Part shown: positions 1 to 8,925 of the stretch, piece by piece | Numbering within the stretch: position 1 is the first letter of the stretch | How the letters are laid out: every line of letters starts with the position of its first letter | From: Bacillota bacterium | Lineage (GTDB): Bacteria; Bacillota; Ch66; Ch109 | DNA: 64,000 nt | Assembly (NCBI GenBank): GCA_050952625.1 | Contig: JBMNLH010000001.1 | Coordinates: 256,001-320,000 of the forward strand | Reading direction: 5' to 3' | Program-made: the position numbers and the translations under genes | The notes under the pieces: generated by a model | The model's database searches: none | What the model was told of the DNA's origin: nothing | What the model saw: only the letters and a program-made list of their open reading frames with translations

Positions 1-50
1 AATAGTCTAGGATACTATCATCTATAAGATTTTGTTTCGGGAGGTAGAAT

Positions 51-434
51 GTGTTTAACGATATGTTAACAGATGCGTATCATTTTAAGGTGTGCCATGA
101 CGAGGTTAAACCCTGGGAGGCAAGCCAAATAACCTGCTTTAATCAAGATAATCAAGAAATTGGCAGGCTACAATTCACTGGACCTGAATACGATTACTGT
201 GTACGGATTGAAGATTTATATGTCAAGCCTGATTGTAGACGCCAAGGTGTTGGTAGCGCGATGCTTAATTATTTAATCAAGCGAAACCCAGCGGTTCCGA
301 TTTTTGTGAATATAGTACCTGTTTATCGAGGTGTAGATCTGAATGGATTAATTGAATTCTACACGGTTAACGGTTTTTATGTGAAAAGAACGTCGACTAT
401 TCAGGCTGAAGGATATTTTAATTTTGGGGATTGA
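51..434 (+). CDS. GNAT family N-acetyltransferase
   Basis: Acetyl-CoA motif A 'LYVKPDCRRQGVGSAML' and late 'FYTVNGF'; RBS GGGAGG upstream of GTG. Confidence 0.85.
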   Translation: MFNDMLTDAYHFKVCHDEVKPWEASQITCFNQDNQEIGRLQFTGPEYDYCVRIEDLYVKPDCRRQGVGSAMLNYLIKRNPAVPIFVNIVPVYRGVDLNGLIEFYTVNGFYVKRTSTIQAEGYFNFGD

Positions 435-440
435 TGAAAG

Positions 441-677
441 ATGATTCATTTAATCACAGTATATCCTCCAGAAGACCTCTTTCTTGAGGATGTACTTAAA
501 CAGGCCGGAATTTCCGTCATCAAGATTAGGGAAGCCATTGGGACTGTCCATGGTATAAGTATTGGTCCTCTAGCCGAGATAAAATTGTATGTTCCAAAAG
601 CACAAGAGCAAGCAGCTAATGAGATTATCAGAGATATAGAAAAATTTTCGATATGCAATAATAACGAAAGCGATTAA
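441..677 (+). CDS. DUF2007-like putative signal-transducing protein
   Basis: 'L..AGI' and 'IKLYVP...A..II' pattern typical of DUF2007. Confidence 0.65.
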   Translation: MIHLITVYPPEDLFLEDVLKQAGISVIKIREAIGTVHGISIGPLAEIKLYVPKAQEQAANEIIRDIEKFSICNNNESD

Positions 678-707
678 AACAAAATCCAAAAATGGGAGGC
701 AGTAAAT

Positions 708-1016
708 ATGTGGTTAGCCGAGGAAATGATTAAATTTTTTGATTTTCCTCCTTTACAAGGCACAGACAACCAAGTCGCCGTGGCAGAAAAAATACGAGTC
801 AGGATCTTGCTTGATTTGATTGATGAAATAGCTCGGCGGCACCAAAATTCGGTAAGTAAATTTGGTGATGAACTTTACCAAAAAATTTTTCAGTTAATTC
901 AGGAGAATTCGATACCAGAAAGCAATGTTTTCTGGGAGATTAGTCGACAAGATTGGGCAATTTGGTGGATCGAAAATCGATTTAGCACAGTTGCAGACTT
1001 CCTGGGGCATATATAA
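708..1016 (+). CDS. hypothetical protein (phage/plasmid-type 'GxxxQ...IR...WWI.NR' family)
   Basis: RBS GGGAGG; motifs LQGTDNQVAVAEKIR and AIWWIENR. Confidence 0.6.
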   Translation: MWLAEEMIKFFDFPPLQGTDNQVAVAEKIRVRILLDLIDEIARRHQNSVSKFGDELYQKIFQLIQENSIPESNVFWEISRQDWAIWWIENRFSTVADFLGHI

Positions 1017-1869
1017 AACAGACAAACATTATGTTTGGAAATTACCGATCAGTTTTCAATCTGTAAAACTTCGGATTCAATCTGTTTTCTCGCTTCCAGC
1101 CCCGGTAATTTCAGGATGGACCGGTCGTTGCTCCCGGTCCAAATTCACCGGAAGCTCTGCTGTCGAATTTTGTTGTTCTTTAGGATTTTATATTTCTTGC
1201 CTTTTATCTTTCCCGCATGTTATTATAGGGTCAACCTGATAGATTATTTTGAAAATGAAGTACAAATCTTTAAACTCGTTTTATTCTTACTAATAGTTGG
1301 CAATAGCCAATTTTTGCATTAGTACATCAGCCCACTTTTTATTAAAGCATTTTTAATATTAACACTATTGAGTTTAAAAAAAATCATCGTAATTTTTTGA
1401 ATAATAAGAGGAATTAGAAAGAATGCGTCGAATATATATTTATAAATAGAAGGGTACTTAGCTTTAACCACTAAGACGTTATCTAAATGCCAATAATCAT
1501 TCAAGTAGTGGAAGCTTTAAAAGAATAGGAAAGGAGGTGGGAGCCGGGGCCCCGACCCTTAAGGATTCGACAATCGTACCGTTATGGAATCTGGTGATTA
1601 ATTCTGCATCATAACATTTTAAGTTAATACGAAACTCTCAACTCCTCATTGGCCAGTGTGTAGGAATTCATCGGGGGTCCCTTCAAACAAATAACAAACA
1701 AAAAAGGGGGTGGATAAATGGAGAGAGCTTCTCCCGGGTAATCTGCTAGGGAACTGGCAGATTGGTAACCATTTTTATTTTTATTGCATTATGATTTTTA
1801 TTGTGTGAATCTTTTGTTTCTTCTAAATCAAATGATTAATCCTTTAAATATTTAGAAGGGGGTTATGAT

Positions 1870-2469
1870 ATGTCAGATCATGAACACGTATTTGCGAATC
1901 CAGCCCCGGCGGGGTTGATTGCCCTGGCGATGGCGTGCTGGACTTTCTGGGCGATGTATACTGGACGGGTAACTGGTGATGCGGCACCGGTTCTGGCTTG
2001 CTGGATGGTTGGCGGCGGCCTGGTCCAATATGTGGTAGGGATGTTTGAATTAAGAAACGGTGTTCAGTTAGGTGGTAACGTGTTCTTGTTCTTTGGTGCT
2101 TTCTTTATGTTTGTTACCGCTTTGAGTCTGATGACCAAGTATTTGCTGGCTAAAAATGGTATGCCAATGGACGCAAGAATCGAAGGTTATGCCTGGATGG
2201 CTTGTGCAATCGGTTTAATCGGATTTACCCCAGCATACCTTAAGGGTCCCAAATTGATGTTCCTCTTGGTTGTCATCGTGGATATTTGTCTAGTTTTCAT
2301 TGCTTTAATAGATATGGCTGCGGTTCCGAAAGCAGTCTATGCTCCTCCTGTTGGCTGGATGCTCTTCTTAGTCGGAGTTATGGGTCTATACCTGTCAACG
2401 GCAGTGATGCTTAATACAGCTTTTGGCAAGTCTGTATTACCGACTACCACTCCGTTTATCACTGGCTAA
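1870..2469 (+). CDS. satP: GPR1/FUN34/YaaH (SatP) family acetate uptake transporter
   Basis: N-terminal signature FANPAPAGL; about six hydrophobic helices. Confidence 0.85.
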   Translation: MSDHEHVFANPAPAGLIALAMACWTFWAMYTGRVTGDAAPVLACWMVGGGLVQYVVGMFELRNGVQLGGNVFLFFGAFFMFVTALSLMTKYLLAKNGMPMDARIEGYAWMACAIGLIGFTPAYLKGPKLMFLLVVIVDICLVFIALIDMAAVPKAVYAPPVGWMLFLVGVMGLYLSTAVMLNTAFGKSVLPTTTPFITG

Positions 2470-2583
2470 GAAGATTGGTGCTTAAGCCTATTAATGTCAG
2501 TGGGCTATTATCCTTGCGATTTGTGAAAATTATCTGTCTTTTGAATTACCATTAAATTAACTAATTATGAATAGTTGATTAAA

Positions 2584-2637
2584 CACGGGGATAGGACTTC
2601 GTAAACTACGAAAGTTCTATCCCTGAGTTTTTTATTT
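2584..2637 (+). terminator. intrinsic terminator after satP
   Basis: ggggataggacttcgta/tacgaaagttctatccct hairpin followed by a T-run. Confidence 0.6.
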
Positions 2638-2651
2638 GATTCTTACACAGC

Positions 2652-2679
2652 TAAAGATTTGACGGGTTTTTTCCGATAT
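2652..2679 (+). promoter_or_regulatory. sigma-28 (SigD/FliA) promoter
   Basis: TAAA-N16-TCCGATAT, close to consensus TAAA-N15/16-GCCGATAT. Confidence 0.65.
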
Positions 2680-2720
2680 TAGTATTAATCAGCAAATTTA
2701 GAAAATGGGGGCGGTCAGGA

Positions 2721-3788
2721 GTGAAAATTGACAGTTCAATTATTTCGATGACCAGTCAGCAAAGCGTTTATCAAGAATACAACAAACGCGAGACCCTAAG
2801 AGTCTGGACGGCTCCCGGTCAGCCGAATTTGGCGAAGCAGGGATCAAGCTTGCAACCAGTGGCGGCTAATTATACCTTGGAATTATCGCCGGAGGCCTTA
2901 GAGGCATTGCAGCAAAATTCGGAAGAGATTGAGATCGATATCGAAGCCGAATTACCGGAAAAAGACAAACAAAGGATTATGGTATTGCAGAAAATGCTGA
3001 GTTTACTTACCGGGAAGGAATTTAAGTTTGTTCTGCCGAAGAAAATTAGAATTAACCCTAACTCGGCTACTTTAAAATTGGGAGTCAGACAAATCAGCGG
3101 GAATGGACCGCAGCGGTTGGGATGGGGACTGGAGTATACTCGGTATGAATCTTACCGAGAAAGTGAACGACTGTCTTTTAATGCTTCAGGGATTATTAAG
3201 ACTGCTGACGGCCGAGAGATTGTTTTTACCACTGAGTTGAACATGAGCCGGCAATTCGTGCAGGAAAACAATATTGCGATACGGGCTGGCGATGCTCCTT
3301 TAACTGATCCCTTGATTATTAACTATAAAGGGGCCGCGGCTGAACTGACTACAACCAAATTTAGTTTTGATTTAGATACAGATGGCCTAATGGATCAGAT
3401 TTCTTTTGTCAAAGGAGGCAGTGGCTTCTTGGCCCTGGATCGAAATGGCGACGGTGTGATCAATAATGGCAGTGAATTGTTCGGCCCGAAAACCGGTAAT
3501 GGGTTTGCAGAATTAGGTCAATATGACGTTGACGGTAACGGTTGGATAGACGAATCTGATCCGATCTACCAGCAGTTATGCATTTGGACCAAGGATGCCG
3601 AGGGAAAAGATTGTCTGTTGGCCCTAGGCCAAGTAGGGGTAGGGGCCATTTATCTGGGTCATCTGGCGGCCGGTTTTAGCTACAAAGACGAAGACAATCA
3701 ATTGTTGGGGGTAGCGCGAAAGGCCGGCATCTTTGTCCGTGAAAACGGCACAGTCGGAACAGTGCAGCAGGTCGATTTGGCGATATAG
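2721..3788 (+). CDS. conserved hypothetical protein with DxDGD/DxNGDG Ca-binding-like motifs, flagellar-region associated
   Basis: 355 aa; FDLDTDG, LALDRNGDGVINNGSELFG and YDVDGNGWID motifs; SigD-like promoter upstream. Confidence 0.75.
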   Translation: MKIDSSIISMTSQQSVYQEYNKRETLRVWTAPGQPNLAKQGSSLQPVAANYTLELSPEALEALQQNSEEIEIDIEAELPEKDKQRIMVLQKMLSLLTGKEFKFVLPKKIRINPNSATLKLGVRQISGNGPQRLGWGLEYTRYESYRESERLSFNASGIIKTADGREIVFTTELNMSRQFVQENNIAIRAGDAPLTDPLIINYKGAAAELTTTKFSFDLDTDGLMDQISFVKGGSGFLALDRNGDGVINNGSELFGPKTGNGFAELGQYDVDGNGWIDESDPIYQQLCIWTKDAEGKDCLLALGQVGVGAIYLGHLAAGFSYKDEDNQLLGVARKAGIFVRENGTVGTVQQVDLAI

Positions 3789-4000
3789 GCGAGAGAATGA
3801 GTAGGTTTTATTTTGTTTATTAACTTAAGGTCGATAGGGGTAACTTTTCAGGATTTTTTCGGGATAATGTCTATTAGAAGTAGTGTGGTTTAGACCGAGA
3901 TAAATATATTATGTTATGCAATTATACGATATGAACATATTATGGTATTTTAATGGAATTATAAGCTTTCAGAGTTTTTTTTGAGTCAGGGGCAGAGGTT

Positions 4001-4561
4001 ATGGATTTAAGGATACATCAGCAGTTTGGACAAATAGGACTTAATATTAAGAAACCATTTCTCAACCTGGAAATAAGGCCTCAACGTTTTGAAGTCAAGA
4101 CTAGCTTGCCGAAAGTATCAATCCACCATGAATTAGTCCCCCTGAAGATCGATCAGCAAGAATTTTTTGCTACCCTGGGTTACCGAAATTTACGACAGAT
4201 TGCCCAACATTTTTTAAGCATTGCCAAGAGTGCAGTCCTGGAGGGTATAGGACGCAGGGCGGCTGAAGGTGATATGCTGGGGGCAATTGAGAAGAATATT
4301 AGTGTAGCCGATATTGCTCGGATGAACGCTGATAGATACGTAGAGTCTAATCTGGTTTTTCCGGGACCTGCGCCAGCCCCAGAGGTTGATGTTCCTCGGG
4401 TCCCAGTCAAAGTGGACGTGGAACCGGGCCGGCTTGATGTCAACAATGTAAAAGGAAACGTCAAGGTGAAACTGGATTGGGGGCAAGTAAATGTCTATCT
4501 GAAGCAAAAGCCCTACCTACAGTTGGAGTATACCGGTAAAATGATTGATACTGTAGTGTAA
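4001..4561 (+). CDS. YviE/DUF6470 family protein
   Basis: 'IDQ..F...G', 'EGIGRRAAEGD' and 'YLKQKPYLQLEYTG' pattern of the flagellar-linked YviE family. Confidence 0.7.
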   Translation: MDLRIHQQFGQIGLNIKKPFLNLEIRPQRFEVKTSLPKVSIHHELVPLKIDQQEFFATLGYRNLRQIAQHFLSIAKSAVLEGIGRRAAEGDMLGAIEKNISVADIARMNADRYVESNLVFPGPAPAPEVDVPRVPVKVDVEPGRLDVNNVKGNVKVKLDWGQVNVYLKQKPYLQLEYTGKMIDTVV

Positions 4562-4889
4562 GGCCTCTCCCGCCTACGCTTAATAAAAGGCGAAAGCTTC
4601 TTGCCTGATCGACCATAGTCGCATGAGTCCTGCGCAATCTCGGCCGGCGTGAGTTCGGACACTCTTTGTCGTGGGGCTTTAATTATTTCTTGCCGAGATT
4701 ATTTGTCTGAGTTTAAAGGTTCGTTACTTTGATGAAGAGAGAGAGACAGGCCTAAGATTATAAAGTAGATCTCTGACGCTATCAGTCTAATGATTTATGA
4801 GTATACTTTAACGGAAAATAATGTTAATATATTTAAAGGTAAGTTTAAATATAAGACTACTCTAAGAAATGGGAAAGGGGACCGGTTCA

Positions 4890-5312
4890 ATGTCAGAAGA
4901 CCGTTTAACTCATATCGAATTAATGCTGACTGAATTAATTCGAATAACGGGCAATACAAACAGTATTGTTGAGGAGTTGCGTCTTCGAGTTGATAATATT
5001 GAAACTGCTTTTCTTGAACTGAATTCAGATGTAAGCACCTTGAAATCTGATGTGGCAACCCTTAAGTCAGATGTAGCAATCTTGAAATCTGATGTGACTG
5101 CCCTTAAATCGGATGTGGCAACGTTGAAATCAGACGTAGCTGTCTTAAAATCAGATGTGGCCACCCTAAAGTCTGACGTAGCGGAGCTTAAGGCTGGCCA
5201 AAAACGAATTGAAGCAGATATAGAAACTATCAAAGAAAATCATCTATCTCTTTTTGAAATGTTTGGAGAACACGATGTTGCGATTAGAAACCTGCGTCGT
5301 CGGATAGTATAA
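4890..5312 (+). CDS. coiled-coil heptad-repeat hypothetical protein
   Basis: ATG 4890 after AAGGGG; eight SDVAxLK repeats. Confidence 0.75.
   Translation: MSEDRLTHIELMLTELIRITGNTNSIVEELRLRVDNIETAFLELNSDVSTLKSDVATLKSDVAILKSDVTALKSDVATLKSDVAVLKSDVATLKSDVAELKAGQKRIEADIETIKENHLSLFEMFGEHDVAIRNLRRRIV
5025..5192 (+). repeat. 8 x 21-nt coding tandem repeat (SDVATLK)
   Basis: tcNgaYgtN...aaR units with 21-nt period. Confidence 0.9.
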
Positions 5313-5472
5313 GAACATTATAAGATAAATTGAGTGAATGTCTTACTAAATCGCTAGGTTTATCCATATTTTTTAATTTAGCAGGTCATTCCTTGCGGCA
5401 GTTTTTCTTATGGATTCAGCTTAACAGCGGTCATAACCCTGAAGAAACCAGGCTATTCTGTTGAAATAATGA

Positions 5473-5507
5473 AAAAGGATTCCTGTTGAAAAGGGAATCT
5501 TTTTTAT
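5473..5507 (+). terminator. intrinsic terminator (possibly bidirectional)
   Basis: aaaaaggattcc...gggaatctttttt. Confidence 0.6.
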
Positions 5508-5589
5508 TTGTGACGGAAATAAAATTAGAGATTAGAGTGATTCGATAAATGGGATTTAACCCAAACACCATTTTTCAAACAAATTAGAT

Positions 5590-5617
5590 TAAAGAAGCAA
5601 GCAAACGCTTTCGATGA
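5590..5617 (+). promoter_or_regulatory. candidate SigD promoter of the fliK-like gene
   Basis: TAAA-N16-TTCGATGA; a second candidate at 5520-5548 (TTCGATAA). Confidence 0.4.
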
Positions 5618-5667
5618 TTTTATTGAGAATTAAAAAGTTTAGAGATAAGGGTCTGAGAGGTGGAACG

Positions 5668-8022
5668 GTGAACAAGATTAACCTTAATAATCAGTATAAT
5701 CAGTCTGTCAATAATAAACATACCCTGGATGGTCAACCAGCGGAAATAAAAAATGGAGAAACCTATTTATGCACCGTGAAAGAAAAAAAACCAGGCAACG
5801 AGGCGATCATAAAAATCAAAGGGAAAGAATTGACAGCGAAGTTTGAGAGTGCGATCCCGCGGAATGACCGTTTTATGGTCGAGGTTGTCGGGGTTGAGGG
5901 GGATAAATTAAGGGTTAAAGCTATTTCACCCAATCAGGCGAGGTCCCAAGCAAACATCGACACCTCAAAAACGGCGCGGGATTTTGGTGGTGGCTCTCTT
6001 TTTTCTTCCGCTGCCTTAAAGGAAGCAACTGCGATCCTGGCCAAATACAACGTTTCACCTAATCCAACAGAGATAAATTGTGTCAAATCATTTCTGAGGC
6101 AGGGAACGGGCAGCCTTGAAGATAAACTAGATACCATTAGGGCTTTAGCCAGTAAAGGTTTGGAAATAAGCCCCCAAAACTTGCGGGCCGTTCATGAGGC
6201 TTTACATGGCCAGCCATTTAGTGATGTGCTGCAAGACCTGGCTAAGGACCTGTCGATTGAGTTAAAAGATATACTTAGCCAAACTACCCCGGGATCCAGC
6301 CCATCGTCCTTTCAGCCAGGGGCGGCTGACCTGCGCCTTATTCAGCAGGTAGAGAAAGCGATCCGGCAATTGATAGAGCAGCTCACCAGCAATCCCCAGG
6401 TTGGTGAGCAGACAGAACAAGCAATCAAGCAACTAGTTGAACAGGTAATTAATAATTCACAGGCCAGTGAGCAAATTGAAAAGGCGATTAGGCTGCTAGT
6501 GGAACAGTTAACCACCTCGCGTCCCGGTGAGCTAGAAAACGCCATCAAACAGTTGGTTGAACAGATGGGCCACCTTCAAACCAGTCAACAAGCCGAACAA
6601 GTTTCTAATCAGCGGGTTGGAGAGGCGGTTAATGCGCCACAATCCGGCGAGTCGCCAGAAAAAGCAACCAGACCACATATTGAACAAGTAACTAGTTCTT
6701 CTGCACAATCAACAGATAAGGATTACGCTCATAACCTTAAGCACTCCCATAAGCCCAGCTCAGAGTCTAGTTTCCTCACTAATATTAACCCGGAAAGCGG
6801 AATTAATACTGACCAGACTGACTTAAACGAATTATGGCAAGCCAGCCCAATTGGCAAAGATTATTTGATTACCGAAATTACTAAAAAGCTGAGTCAAGTG
6901 GCCAAATCCTTTACCGACTTGCGCCGGGAAGTGGTTAGAAATTTAGAGAACATAAACCGAATCATTCATGCATCGCGAACTAATGCTTACCCCCAGGTAA
7001 AACCTTTGCTGGAATCGACGATTGATCTTTTGGATCGGGCTATCCTGAAAAGCGACCTTACCCTTTATACTGATCTGCAGACTGAAAAGCACCTAATGGT
7101 GGCCAGCAGCCGATTAGCCGAAGCGAGAAAATTATTAGCCCAGGGTTCCGCCAGTCAGGCCGCCGCGATCGTGGAGGAAGTAAAACAGAAGCTAGAGGTC
7201 TTGAACTGGCGGCCGGTCATTAACCGGGCTATCCATACCCTGCCGAAAGACGGCTTTAATCTGCATCAGTTGAACTCGTATTCTGAAGATATTTGGCAAC
7301 TAAGACAGGCTGCCGCTAAAATCCTGGCCCCTGATCACGGGGCACGTAATCTTTTTGAAACGCTCCGGGCTCTGGGCTTGAATCATGATTCAGAAGTCGG
7401 TCAGGCTTTAACCGCCGGGCAATCAGGCCGGGATCAGCCAGAACTGCGAGAGAATTTGAAAGCGGTCCTGCTTAAACTATCGGGGAATCAGCTGGAATTC
7501 AATTTAAACCAGGCCGCGCATCAAAAAATGGCCCACATATTGGACAATTTGACCGGGCAGCAATTGCTCAGCAAATTTGAAAGCAGTACTGAACTGCAGA
7601 GCATGTTCTTTAACCTGGCGGTTAATGTGGGGGGAGATTTGGCGAGTGTAAAAGTATTTATTAATTCGCGTAAGGAAAGGCAAAAAATTGACTGGGCCAA
7701 TTGCAATATTTATTTCTTAATCAAAACGAAAGAATTGGGCGAAACCGGTATCCAGCTTACCGCGGTTGACAGCAACTTAACCCTTACCTTAAAAAATGAC
7801 CGGTCGGATTTTGTTAAGCACACCGAGAGATTGGTTGATAAGTATACCTCAAAGCTGCAAGAGGTTGGCTATAACGTTGTGGGGGTGAATTTTGCTCGGC
7901 TGAATGAGCCACCCCAAGAACCTCAGTTTTCTGCGAACACTGGTCCCAGCAGCAGTAATCCGGCCAACAACCTGAGTAGTAAGGGGGCCAATCTAATGAA
8001 AGGGTTTGATTTTAAAGCATGA
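5668..8022 (+). CDS. flagellar hook-length control FliK-like protein
   Basis: C-terminal 'TKELGETGIQL...L..KLQEVGY' FliK-like domain ending in FDFKA; adjacent to an FlhB-like gene; start moved to GTG 5668 after GAGGTGG (open frame from 5614). Confidence 0.7.
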   Translation: MNKINLNNQYNQSVNNKHTLDGQPAEIKNGETYLCTVKEKKPGNEAIIKIKGKELTAKFESAIPRNDRFMVEVVGVEGDKLRVKAISPNQARSQANIDTSKTARDFGGGSLFSSAALKEATAILAKYNVSPNPTEINCVKSFLRQGTGSLEDKLDTIRALASKGLEISPQNLRAVHEALHGQPFSDVLQDLAKDLSIELKDILSQTTPGSSPSSFQPGAADLRLIQQVEKAIRQLIEQLTSNPQVGEQTEQAIKQLVEQVINNSQASEQIEKAIRLLVEQLTTSRPGELENAIKQLVEQMGHLQTSQQAEQVSNQRVGEAVNAPQSGESPEKATRPHIEQVTSSSAQSTDKDYAHNLKHSHKPSSESSFLTNINPESGINTDQTDLNELWQASPIGKDYLITEITKKLSQVAKSFTDLRREVVRNLENINRIIHASRTNAYPQVKPLLESTIDLLDRAILKSDLTLYTDLQTEKHLMVASSRLAEARKLLAQGSASQAAAIVEEVKQKLEVLNWRPVINRAIHTLPKDGFNLHQLNSYSEDIWQLRQAAAKILAPDHGARNLFETLRALGLNHDSEVGQALTAGQSGRDQPELRENLKAVLLKLSGNQLEFNLNQAAHQKMAHILDNLTGQQLLSKFESSTELQSMFFNLAVNVGGDLASVKVFINSRKERQKIDWANCNIYFLIKTKELGETGIQLTAVDSNLTLTLKNDRSDFVKHTERLVDKYTSKLQEVGYNVVGVNFARLNEPPQEPQFSANTGPSSSNPANNLSSKGANLMKGFDFKA

Positions 8023-8321
8023 TCTACAAATGGTTCGGAAATCCCCGCCAAAAGCCAGGCAATCAGACAAGAGCCGTGGCGATCCATTTCGAAGAAGGTA
8101 AAAATCAAGCCCCGCAAGTAATTGCCCAGGGTAAGGGGGCTATTGCCAACAGAATCATTGAACTGGCGCAAAAAAATGGCATCCCCCTGCAGGAAGATCC
8201 CTTGCTGGTCGAAAACCTGCTGGATATGGATTTAGGGGATAATATCCCGCCCCAGCTCTATCTGGCGATTGCGGATATCCTGCTCATGATCTCCGAATTG
8301 GAAAACAGTGTGAGAGAATAG
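8019..8321 (+). CDS. EscU/YscU/HrcU family FlhB C-terminal-related protein (YlqH-like)
   Basis: AVA....APQVIAQGKG.IA..II..A....IP; IPPQLY. Confidence 0.9.
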   Translation: MIYKWFGNPRQKPGNQTRAVAIHFEEGKNQAPQVIAQGKGAIANRIIELAQKNGIPLQEDPLLVENLLDMDLGDNIPPQLYLAIADILLMISELENSVRE

Positions 8322-8368
8322 GAGGAAGGGGCCGGTTGGGTGCCTGGATGGGCAACGGGAAATACCTT

Positions 8369-8396
8369 TAAAGAGAACCCGGTGAATTAACGATAA
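8369..8396 (+). promoter_or_regulatory. candidate SigD promoter for fliS-flagellin
   Basis: TAAA-N16-AACGATAA. Confidence 0.5.
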
Positions 8397-8438
8397 TAAT
8401 ACTAATAATCAGATGTTATTTCTGTTGGAGGGGGATAA

Positions 8439-8858
8439 ATGGGTTTAACCGAGGAGGTATTATACACAAAATCTTCTCAGGAACTGACCAGTATTTTATA
8501 CCAGGGCTGCCTGAAAAAACTGGAATTAGCCATTAAAGCAATTGAAGATAAGGATTACCTCAGAGCAAATTATATCCTGCAACGGGTAAATGACATCTTA
8601 TACCGTCTCGGAGCAGGCTTAAACTATGATGCGGGGGTTATTGCTTATCAATTGGAGGCTCTCTATAACTATATGGCGGATAAGGTTATAGAAGCAAATT
8701 TAAAGAAGAGCATTCTGCCGCTTAAAGAAGTGCTGGTTATTTTGAACATCATTGCTGATGCCTGGAAGGCTGCCTGCGAGAAGAACCCCACCGTTCCGGC
8801 TTCCCAGTTTCAAAAATTAAGGCAATCCTATGAATCGAGATTTTGTGCCTTACGATAA
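8439..8858 (+). CDS. fliS: flagellar export chaperone FliS
   Basis: 'S.QEL..ILYQG', 'LN...G.IA..L..LYNYM', 'DAW'. Confidence 0.9.
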   Translation: MGLTEEVLYTKSSQELTSILYQGCLKKLELAIKAIEDKDYLRANYILQRVNDILYRLGAGLNYDAGVIAYQLEALYNYMADKVIEANLKKSILPLKEVLVILNIIADAWKAACEKNPTVPASQFQKLRQSYESRFCALR

Positions 8859-8925
8859 ACCAGGTTTTGACTTAACCGAATAAGAATAATTACTAGACAA
8901 TAATTACTAGACAAGGAGGAACAGA

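Noticed and set aside
925-1504. ORFs 925-1239, 1035-1322 and 1319-1504
   Set aside because: No RBS, no recognisable domain, and mutually overlapping.
4625-4660. gtcctgcgcaat resembling large SRP RNA
   Set aside because: Lacks the TCAGG-TCCGGAAGGA-AGCAG domain IV motif.
5025-5192. 21-nt repeats as a CRISPR array
   Set aside because: No spacers, in-frame coding heptads and no cas genes.
8887-8914. 14-nt direct repeat taattactagacaa x2 before the flagellin RBS
   Set aside because: A single small duplication with no support for function.
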